31,882 nucleotides of DNA from a virus (lineage: Duplodnaviria; Caudoviricetes). Below are positions 17,666-24,280 of this stretch, one piece after another. The stretch is taken from IMG/VR virus record IMGVR_UViG_3300032282_001443, positions 1 through 31,882 of that record. The stretch is one strand, 5' to 3'. The position numbers were made by a program, and so were the translations under genes. The number at the start of each line of letters is the position of its first letter. Positions within the stretch are counted from its first letter, which is position 1. The notes beneath the pieces were generated by a model. It saw only the letters and a list, made by a program, of their open reading frames with translations, was not told the DNA's origin and searched no databases.

Positions 17666-18954
17666 TCCTTAATGTTGACAAGCTGACCCACGGGCGGGGT
17701 AAAGCTTTTGCTACCAATAATGCACCACAGGACAGGGCATGTCACGCCCGCCCACTTCGCCGGATCACTGCTCATGTACCCATCGGAGAGAATCACAAGC
17801 ACATCAGGAGCCAGGTCATGAGCGTGCATGAACACGGGTACGCAGTCAGGGTCCGTGCCACCACCACCCTTGGGGTTGGTGCGATGCACAATAGACTTCT
17901 TGTCCGCATCCTTGTATGTCTCATGCCCTGCAACATCGGTGTCCCAGTACAGTACATCGACCCGCTCGGGATTCGTATCCGTTATGACCTTATTGAACTC
18001 GCTCATGAACATGGTGAGTAGATCGCCTACCACAGAGCCAGAAGTATCCATCGCCAGCACGAGGTGCCTGACCCGCTTACCTATCACGCTGGGCAGGATG
18101 ATGTCCTGCCACAGATAGTTGCGGTGCGCCTTGCGCCATGACGGAGCCTGACGATCGCGCATGTGCGTCTTAACGAATGCTCGCACCACCTCACGCCAGT
18201 CAACCTTAGGTGTGAGCAACTCACCGATCTCACGGGACATCTGCCCACCCATCTTGCCAGCATAGATACCGCCTTGGCGCAGGGCTTGGTCGATGTCACG
18301 CTCAAGCTGTTTCTTCTCGTTCTCGCTAAGCCCGTCCTGTGCACCTTCCCAATCGTGCTCGTCGAGTCCGGAACCATCGACACCTTGTCGATCATTCCCA
18401 TCCCCCGGCTCGCCCTGTTCATCGGAAGGCTCGCCGCCGCTACCGCCGCGCCCTTTACGCCCGCCCTTGCACTCCTCCTTGAGGATGTCGTAGACCTGCC
18501 GCGCATCCATACCTTGGAAGCGTGGGTCGTGTGCGCCCATGCGCTTGCCCGTCACCTTGTCACGGGGATGCACGAGTACAGTCTCGTTGGGGTCCATCTC
18601 TTCAAGCTGGAGGTTGATGACATGATCACACGCGGTGTTGGCCAACGAATGGTTATCGTCGTACAGGCTACGCCATGTTGTGAGATGGCGGTAACACTTG
18701 TGCATGTTCTCGTGCATGACAAGAAAGGCTAACTCCTTGTCGGTCAGCGAGTCCACGAACGCCCGCCCGTAGACAGCGTCACGCCCGTTGGTCTTGGCAG
18801 TGGGAGTCGTGTCATCCACGCTCGTCTTGCCCACCATGAACAGACCTGCGAACAGGGCGAACCGCTTGTCCTGCATGAGGGACACATGCACCACCTCAAT
18901 GCGCTTCTCCGCGACCAGCTTGGGCTTGGCCGTTGGCTTACTTACTACCAGCAT
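17662..18954 (-). CDS. HEXXH metallopeptidase-like plus vWA domain protein (DUF2201-type)
   Basis: TAKTNG...FLVMHENMH...N.ACD..IN, then a Gly/Asp linker with LDEHDW, then MIDAS DTSGS, GGGTD and LSDG. Start ATG 18954 with an AAGGAG RBS. Confidence 0.85.
   Translation of the reverse strand: MLVVSKPTAKPKLVAEKRIEVVHVSLMQDKRFALFAGLFMVGKTSVDDTTPTAKTNGRDAVYGRAFVDSLTDKELAFLVMHENMHKCYRHLTTWRSLYDDNHSLANTACDHVINLQLEEMDPNETVLVHPRDKVTGKRMGAHDPRFQGMDARQVYDILKEECKGGRKGRGGSGGEPSDEQGEPGDGNDRQGVDGSGLDEHDWEGAQDGLSENEKKQLERDIDQALRQGGIYAGKMGGQMSREIGELLTPKVDWREVVRAFVKTHMRDRQAPSWRKAHRNYLWQDIILPSVIGKRVRHLVLAMDTSGSVVGDLLTMFMSEFNKVITDTNPERVDVLYWDTDVAGHETYKDADKKSIVHRTNPKGGGGTDPDCVPVFMHAHDLAPDVLVILSDGYMSSDPAKWAGVTCPVLWCIIGSKSFTPPVGQLVNIKD
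18370..18398. repeat. 29-bp palindrome copy 3 (intragenic)
   Basis: GGAACCA TCGACA CCT TGTCGA TCATTCC, encoding GNDRQGVDGS in the disordered linker. Confidence 0.9.
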
Positions 18955-19147
18955 TTTCGATCTCCTTGAATTGAATACTTCCATCAGTCGTTCGGGTGAA
19001 CGAACCTTTTTTGTCAGCAGCTCCTTGAACCGCTTCCATTAACGCGATAAGGGCTAGCTTGAAGAAGGACACCCGCGCCCGCTCGTAGGCATAGAGTCCC
19101 ACCATCACGCAGTTCCCTAGCACCAGCAGTAGTTCAGTGTCGGTCAT
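18938..19147 (-). CDS. Small protein with a hydrophobic N-terminus
   Basis: 69 aa, GGAGG RBS. Confidence 0.65.
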   Translation of the reverse strand: MTDTELLLVLGNCVMVGLYAYERARVSFFKLALIALMEAVQGAADKKGSFTRTTDGSIQFKEIENAGSK

Positions 19148-19310
19148 TGGTCACCTCCGCGATGTAGGTTATTGCGCTCTCCACGAACCGAGCACTCTTT
19201 ATGATGTCAAAGGACTCAACCGCTTTTGTCTCAGCTTCCTCTTTCGTTTCAGCCTCGACCTCAATAGAGTCCCAGTAGGTCAGTTCTACATGTACTTTGT
19301 ACTTCTTCAT
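19134..19310 (-). CDS. 58-aa DpnD/PcfM-like small protein (below the ORF-track cutoff)
   Basis: MKKYKVHVELTYWDSIEVEAETKEEAETKA... AGGAGG RBS, ATGA-coupled. Confidence 0.65.
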   Translation of the reverse strand: MKKYKVHVELTYWDSIEVEAETKEEAETKAVESFDIIKSARFVESAITYIAEVTNDRH

Positions 19311-19582
19311 ACTTCCTCCTTCTTGAGCATTGCATCTGCCAGCATGGTCATGCCGCTGTAGACGAGCGAGTCGTCACTCTTACGCGCCACATCATCGCCT
19401 AAGCGCATAATGTCCACAGGCATTGACCAGTAGTCAGGGCCATCGTCACCACGCCGGGCAATAACAGTCTTGTTAAAGCCCGCGCCGCAGGTGTACCAGT
19501 CCAGCGTGTCGCTGAGCACAAACATACTGCCAAGGTACTTGCACTTGTTGCAGTCGTGCTTCCATTTCGGATTCATCTTCAT
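19307..19582 (-). CDS. Hypothetical protein with an HDCxxC motif
   Basis: About 91 aa from ATG 19582 (GGAG RBS); contains PKWKHDCNKCKYLG. Confidence 0.7.
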   Translation of the reverse strand: MKMNPKWKHDCNKCKYLGSMFVLSDTLDWYTCGAGFNKTVIARRGDDGPDYWSMPVDIMRLGDDVARKSDDSLVYSGMTMLADAMLKKEEV

Positions 19583-19592
19583 TTGTTTCTCC

Positions 19593-19621
19593 GGAGTTTT
19601 AGACAAGTTGTCGATTTATCC
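19593..19621. repeat. 29-bp palindrome copy 4 (variant)
   Basis: GGAGTTT TAGACA AGT TGTCGA TTTATCC; overlaps the AAA gene stop. Confidence 0.8.
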
Positions 19622-20692
19622 CTTGAGGCCAGCAAACATGTACTGGTTCTCGCGGGCCCATGTAACGAACGAGGGGTGAGACATGGCCCACTGCTTCTTC
19701 TCGCGCACCTCCAGTAAGCTGTTAATGAACACAGCCTGAGTCTCTTTGGGCATGCGCCGCACGAACCTCATCCACGGGGCGTAGGTGTCACGGGTCACAA
19801 CGGCCACGCCCTTGAACGCCAAGATACACAAGGCGGCGGGGCTGGTGGGCATGGTCACCGAGTCGGGCGAGTTCTCGATCGCCTCGCGGGTCGGGAGTTG
19901 ATCGGACAAGCTGATGTACGCCTGCAAGTCACGACTGCCTGCGATACCTAGCGTGCCGTCAAGACAGGCAATCAAGCTGTTCTCTGTTAACTCGTCACGC
20001 ACCTTCACCCAGCGTGACGCCTTCTCCAGCGAACGCGGCGACACAAAGCTGGTCTGCGCCGCATTGGTTGGGTTGAAGATGTACGGGTTATCTTTCTGCC
20101 CGCCGTCCATGTAGCTGTGCATGCAGTGCTCATACTCCTTGACCCACGCCATAACCTCTGGCGCAATGCCCGCGTTGCCCGCCCACACCAACCACTTGGC
20201 GGCAGTCGGTTTCATATATGTGAGCCATGTCTGGCGGTTGACGGTGTGTTTCTTGACGGAGTCCCCCACGCCATCGCCGTCCATGTTGCCCGTGGTGAAC
20301 ACAATGGTGTTGGGGTGCAGGTTGTAATCGCCAAGGCGACGCTCGTGCAACAACGGGTGCAGGGTATTGCGGACATAGTCATCGGTCTTGGTCCACTCGT
20401 CGATCATGATCACGCAGGGTTCGTTCAGATGCAGTTTGAAACTGCCCGCTGGGTAGAAGTCCAAGATGCGCTTGTCATGGTTGGGGATGGGCATGCCCGC
20501 TTGGCCCACATCGGTGTTCGGCCCGTCGATGTAGACCTTGTGGTATCCGGTCTTGGCGACCAGCACATCCTGAATGGCCGTCTTGCCCACGCCCGGCTCG
20601 CCCCGCAGGTGCACGGAGTTGCCTCCAGAATTGAGGAGAATGGCCACGGCTTCGTCATGGTCCACGCGGCGGTTGAAGTTGATGTCAGACAT
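19616..20692 (-). CDS. AAA+ ATPase (MoxR/AAA_5-like)
   Basis: Walker A GEPGVGKT, Walker B IMIDE, sensor I TTGN, Arg finger NR and sensor II SPRS. Confidence 0.9.
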   Translation of the reverse strand: MSDINFNRRVDHDEAVAILLNSGGNSVHLRGEPGVGKTAIQDVLVAKTGYHKVYIDGPNTDVGQAGMPIPNHDKRILDFYPAGSFKLHLNEPCVIMIDEWTKTDDYVRNTLHPLLHERRLGDYNLHPNTIVFTTGNMDGDGVGDSVKKHTVNRQTWLTYMKPTAAKWLVWAGNAGIAPEVMAWVKEYEHCMHSYMDGGQKDNPYIFNPTNAAQTSFVSPRSLEKASRWVKVRDELTENSLIACLDGTLGIAGSRDLQAYISLSDQLPTREAIENSPDSVTMPTSPAALCILAFKGVAVVTRDTYAPWMRFVRRMPKETQAVFINSLLEVREKKQWAMSHPSFVTWARENQYMFAGLKG

Positions 20693-20733
20693 CTTGGTTT
20701 CCTTGAAAGTGAAGGTTTATAAGTTGAGATACA

Positions 20734-20762
20734 GGAGAAATCGACACCGTGTCGATTACTCC
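20734..20762. repeat. 29-bp palindrome copy 5
   Basis: GGAGAAA TCGACA CCG TGTCGA TTACTCC; overlaps a stop codon. Confidence 0.9.
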
Positions 20763-21040
20763 GAGCGGGTGTTTTTCTGATTGGTGTCTTTAAGTGTCTG
20801 GGGTGCAGACGCTTGAGTCACCAGCATATACGGCCCCTTGCCGTATGTTTGCACCACGCACCAAGATGCGCGATCAGCCTCTGCGGCTTCTTGCCCGCAG
20901 AATAAGCAGAGTTTGAAACCGAGGTTCCAACGCTCTACATGCACATCATCCCCGCAACGGGGACACATGCGCCAGTCGTAGTTGACGCGATCAACTTTAG
21001 CTGCCATAGCGTCAACCAATTCTCTAGTATGGAGAGTCAT
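20756..21040 (-). CDS. C4 zinc-finger protein, DksA/TraR-finger-like
   Basis: CPRCGDDVHVERWNLGFKLCLFC. Start ATG 21040 by ATGA coupling. Confidence 0.65.
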   Translation of the reverse strand: MTLHTRELVDAMAAKVDRVNYDWRMCPRCGDDVHVERWNLGFKLCLFCGQEAAEADRASWCVVQTYGKGPYMLVTQASAPQTLKDTNQKNTRSE

Positions 21041-21126
21041 GCCCGCCACACCAGAAGATCAAGGGCCAGCACAATGAGTGCCAGCAGAAACACAACGCGC
21101 AGGACGCGGTCTGGGAGTTTGTTCAC
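21037..21126 (-). CDS. 29-aa single-pass membrane peptide (below the ORF-track cutoff)
   Basis: MNKLPDRVLRVVFLLALIVLALDLLVWRA. GTGA and ATGA overlaps at the two ends. Confidence 0.65.
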   Translation of the reverse strand: MNKLPDRVLRVVFLLALIVLALDLLVWRA

Positions 21127-21365
21127 AGTTCGTACCTGTCTTTCTCCCGCGCAATGCGGATGGTCATGTCGTCTTCGCAGACAGATGCACTCACATCTAT
21201 CATGCCCGCTTGCATACGCTCGTTGATGGTGAGCACAGACCCATCGGTGAAGACCACAGAGATGCCTTCGCCAAAGTCATCAAAGTAATCAATACGGGCT
21301 ACTGTCTTGCCTTGGAACACTTGAAACATGTCATTACTCTCGTGCATTTCTTTACTCTTACGCAT
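21123..21365 (-). CDS. Hypothetical protein (about 80 aa)
   Basis: ATG 21365 with a GGAG RBS; first gene after the promoter at 21479-21507. Confidence 0.7.
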   Translation of the reverse strand: MRKSKEMHESNDMFQVFQGKTVARIDYFDDFGEGISVVFTDGSVLTINERMQAGMIDVSASVCEDDMTIRIAREKDRYEL

Positions 21366-21394
21366 AGGAAACTCCAATAAAGGATTGAGGAACC

Positions 21395-21423
21395 GGAGAA
21401 ATCGACAGGCTGTCGATAACTCC
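21395..21423. repeat. 29-bp palindrome copy 6
   Basis: GGAGAAA TCGACA GGC TGTCGA TAACTCC, in a 5' leader. Confidence 0.9.
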
Positions 21424-21478
21424 GAACATGGGGAAAACCCCCTGTACATCCGTTCGCTATCCCAAATGTACAAAGTAC

Positions 21479-21507
21479 ATTCTAACACACTAATTAGACT
21501 TTGTCAA
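21479..21507 (-). promoter_or_regulatory. Sigma70-like promoter TTGACA-17-TAGAAT
   Basis: The - strand reads TTGACA aagtctaattagtgtgt TAGAAT. Confidence 0.8.
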
Positions 21508-21539
21508 GTCCCTCTCCGCGTTTTGGCACCTGATTCCGT

Positions 21540-22256
21540 TTAACTCTCAAGTCGGCCATCTATGGGTTCGGGATAACCCTGAGCCATGAGTTTCTCCCTT
21601 TCCTTCTCTTGTTTCTTGGCCATGAGCAGGTCAAAGTACGGACCGAGGAAGCCTTCCATCTCTGTCTCCATCTCGGGCGTGATCGGGTCGACAAAGGTCG
21701 AGGCTTTCTTTGGGGGTTCTTCGCGGCGGCGTATGACGAGCAACGGTTTGTTGGGGTCGGCGTACTTGGGTGCTTTGAGGGCGGTGAACACGCCGCGCCC
21801 GTTGAGGATGCCCCGGCCATCGTAGCCCGCTGTGAGGGCAGAGTTCGCAAGCATGATAAGTAAGTCGGGGTCCTTTGGCCGCATCGCCCGCAGTTCCTCT
21901 TCCGGTGGTGCAATCAGATCGCGGACACCTTCCTGATCAGGAAGCAAAGCATTGGGCTGTCCGTTCTTGAGGCGCTTCTTGCGAATCGCCGTGGCTTCAA
22001 CATAGTGGTAGGGGTTGATGCAGTAGGGTTGATCGCAACACCGGACCAAGCGACTGCGTGACGGGATGTGTCGGCATAGGGTGAAGGTCACCCGCACGAT
22101 GCTGGTGGTGTTGAACTTCATCGCCAGCGTGGACATGGGCGAGAAGGTCGGGGTGGAGAGGGTGTTGGAGGTTTGGGGCCAGATGAGGCAGTCGTTGACC
22201 TGCTTGCAGTTGGCGAAGAGATCATCGGCGTTCTTGTACTTGGGCGTGCGTGACAT
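21540..22256 (-). CDS. Protein with a degenerate HNH/zinc-binding N-terminal domain
   Basis: DCLIWP...LVRCCDQPYCINPYHY resembles the HNH motif VRHxCDNxxCVNPxHL, with His replaced by Cys; 238 aa. Confidence 0.6.
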   Translation of the reverse strand: MSRTPKYKNADDLFANCKQVNDCLIWPQTSNTLSTPTFSPMSTLAMKFNTTSIVRVTFTLCRHIPSRSRLVRCCDQPYCINPYHYVEATAIRKKRLKNGQPNALLPDQEGVRDLIAPPEEELRAMRPKDPDLLIMLANSALTAGYDGRGILNGRGVFTALKAPKYADPNKPLLVIRRREEPPKKASTFVDPITPEMETEMEGFLGPYFDLLMAKKQEKEREKLMAQGYPEPIDGRLES

Positions 22257-22278
22257 GGGGGGCCTTTAAAAAGTGCTG

Positions 22279-22617
22279 TGGAGGGACATTATATGCACAC
22301 ATCTCTTATTTAATCAAGCCCCAGAACCCTAGTGTTTACCCCGTTTTTGAGGATAATGTAATAGATGTTATGTGTTGTCGCTTTTTTTTGCACCTAGAGG
22401 AGGCGGGGAAAAAAGTTGGCGAGGTGGGCGTGGCGAGAAGGTCGGGGAAAAGAGGGGATGAATCCCAGGACCTCTCACTGGTACAGAAAAAAGCGACAAC
22501 ACACAACATCTATTATTATATTATTATTATAAATAAATAAAGAGAACAAAAACAAGGACTTGCAAAAATCGGGCTGGATTTTTAATGTAAGAGACCTGTG
22601 CAATATGTGTCCCTCCA
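22279..22617. repeat. Nested inverted repeats with an AT-rich tract (candidate replication origin)
   Basis: Outer arms 22279-22321/22571-22617 are imperfect. Inner arms 22359-22387/22487-22515 match at 28/29. AT tract at 22511-22541. Confidence 0.75.
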
Positions 22618-22850
22618 GAAGAGGCTTCCTGCGGGCTTATTATTGGTGTTGCGGGGCCGAGTGGGGGAAATGGCGGGTGCATCGCCCGTAGTTTTATAGA
22701 TTATCGCTGTGGTGCTGAGCCAACAAACTATGCAGGATTTGCATGGGAAAACGTCGCCCGTTGCTGACTTATGTGTCAGTGGTACTTAGGCCCCTAAGTA
22801 AAACTAGACCCGCTGGGCACTTGCCGAGCGGTCGACTGTCTTCCAAGCCC

Positions 22851-22879
22851 GGAAAGAACGACACTTTGTCGACTATTCC
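22851..22879. repeat. 29-bp palindrome copy 7
   Basis: GGAAAGA ACGACA CTT TGTCGA CTATTCC, non-coding. Confidence 0.85.
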
Positions 22880-23078
22880 AGGCTACCCCGTTACCAAGGG
22901 AACTGGTATACAAAGAAGAGCGTGGTCACCCCGTTCACACCGCCCGCCCAGCTTGTTCTTTGGGCAGCAAAGTTGATAGATACCTATAAGCAAGCATAGG
23001 CTACCCCGTTGCTCGGACAGGAACTGGTCTCAAAGCCCGCGCCGACCGCCGATTGGAATTCAGCGGGCAACGCGGGCC

Positions 23079-23105
23079 AAAAAAAATGGGGGCCGAAGCC
23101 CCCGT
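23079..23105 (-). terminator. Rho-independent terminator (UUCG loop)
   Basis: The - strand reads ACGGGGGC-TTCG-GCCCCCAT-TTTTTTT, directly after the stop at 23108. Confidence 0.9.
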
Positions 23106-23107
23106 GG

Positions 23108-23335
23108 TTACTCAATCCCATTTTCGCGGCAGAATTCTCTGAGTGCGCTGTTAGTACGCTCCAGACTTTCCGCCCCATCCGTGGGCACATCTGCGATAAA
23201 GTAGCACACGGCCCGCCATGCGTGGGCGGGCTTGTTGTCGTAGTCTGCCCTCGGGTCAAACCAATCACCCACGGATGCGTGATTGGACAGAAGAAACTCT
23301 TTCATTGCGATAAGCTCTTTACGGGTCATGATCAT
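23108..23335 (-). CDS. Hypothetical protein (about 75 aa)
   Basis: GGAG RBS, ATGA-coupled, ends at the terminator. Confidence 0.7.
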   Translation of the reverse strand: MIMTRKELIAMKEFLLSNHASVGDWFDPRADYDNKPAHAWRAVCYFIADVPTDGAESLERTNSALREFCRENGIE

Positions 23336-23487
23336 TTCTCCGAGCAAAAGTACAACAAACCAGCCACGCAGTAGCCGGAACCAATCAGCAGGAATTGACG
23401 CAAGGGCACGCCCTCAGAATCCCAGCCAAACACGATAGTGATCACGGCCATAGCCGCGAAGAAGGCAATAAAGATTTTGTCCAACAT
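23332..23487 (-). CDS. Small two-TM membrane protein
   Basis: MLDKIFIAFFAAMAVITIVFGW...FLLIGSGYCVAGLLYFC. Start is uncertain (23487-23496). Confidence 0.65.
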   Translation of the reverse strand: MLDKIFIAFFAAMAVITIVFGWDSEGVPLRQFLLIGSGYCVAGLLYFCSEK

Positions 23488-23521
23488 AATCATCATCCTA
23501 TAACAAAGAAGGGGAAAGGCC

Positions 23522-23550
23522 GGAACAATCGACAGAGTGTCGACCATTCC
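23522..23550. repeat. 29-bp palindrome copy 8
   Basis: GGAACAA TCGACA GAG TGTCGA CCATTCC, intergenic. Confidence 0.9.
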
Positions 23551-23561
23551 GACCCAAGGGT

Positions 23562-24209
23562 TTAGCTCAGCATTTGCAGAGCAGAGATCAACAACGCGTC
23601 CGCGTCATCCGTGCCCGCTTTTGCCAACTCTTTCACGCGGGCGATCAACTTGTCACGAATCGCGACACGCTCAGCCGTGGCTTGTGCTATGTCCGCCGCA
23701 TTACGCCGTGTCAACTCAGCGTTGATCTTCTTGACCATAGTGCACGACTTGTCATCGCCCTTGGTTAACAACTCAGCTTTGCGACTTTCCAAGTCATCAT
23801 CGCTGAACTCAGCCAATTTGGCGATCTCTTTTGCCTTCGCTTCAGCCTTGCGGACCGCGTCTTTCGACTCTGACTTTGGTACCACGAAGTCAAAGGTAGT
23901 GCCAAGCCGCTTGATCTGCCTTTCCCAGATTTTCTGCGCCGCGTCATCCGACTTGCCCTTGTCAACCGCGCCCGCTTTGTGGAAGTCACGAACCAGACTA
24001 AACTCAACGAAGGGTAAACCCTTCACGATGTCGAACAGGTTTTGATCCAAGATGGCGCGAGCTTCTTCGCCCTTTGCCATGAGAATCTCAGCCGCCAAGG
24101 TCTCTTCACCGATGGCGAAGATGGTTTGTTGCATTTCGACAGCAGGAACGCCGCCGATGGTTTGCACCGCAATCGCGGACGCGATCGCTGTAGAGGTTTG
24201 CTGAGCCAT
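23562..24209 (-). CDS. Hypothetical Ala/Lys-rich helical protein, first gene of the leftward arm
   Basis: 215 aa, GGAG RBS. Confidence 0.8.
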   Translation of the reverse strand: MAQQTSTAIASAIAVQTIGGVPAVEMQQTIFAIGEETLAAEILMAKGEEARAILDQNLFDIVKGLPFVEFSLVRDFHKAGAVDKGKSDDAAQKIWERQIKRLGTTFDFVVPKSESKDAVRKAEAKAKEIAKLAEFSDDDLESRKAELLTKGDDKSCTMVKKINAELTRRNAADIAQATAERVAIRDKLIARVKELAKAGTDDADALLISALQMLS

Positions 24210-24250
24210 GATTTAATCTCCAAGTTAAGAGGTTTGCCAATATCGGCACA

Positions 24251-24280
24251 GGAACAATCGACACACTTGACGATAATTCC
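24251..24280. repeat. Palindrome copy 9 (30-bp variant)
   Basis: GGAACAA TCGACA CACT TGACGA TAATTCC, with a 4-nt spacer, in the leader of the first early gene. Confidence 0.75.

Noticed and set aside
21688-21701. TCGACA-AA-GGTCGA as a tenth palindrome copy
   Set aside because: Wrong spacer, mismatched arm and no GGA/TCC outer boxes.
22250-22976. + strand ORFs 22250-22540 and 22743-22976 in the large gap
   Set aside because: They run through inverted repeats and low-complexity tracts, with no RBS and non-protein-like composition. Treated as non-coding.
14122-24280. The 29-bp repeats as a CRISPR array or integron attC/lox-like recombination sites
   Set aside because: Copies are 0.66-2.4 kb apart and degenerate, with no 30-40-nt spacers. 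One is mid-gene. The 3-bp centre does not fit the tyrosine (6-8 bp) or serine (2 bp) recombinase core, and no recombinase is in the window.
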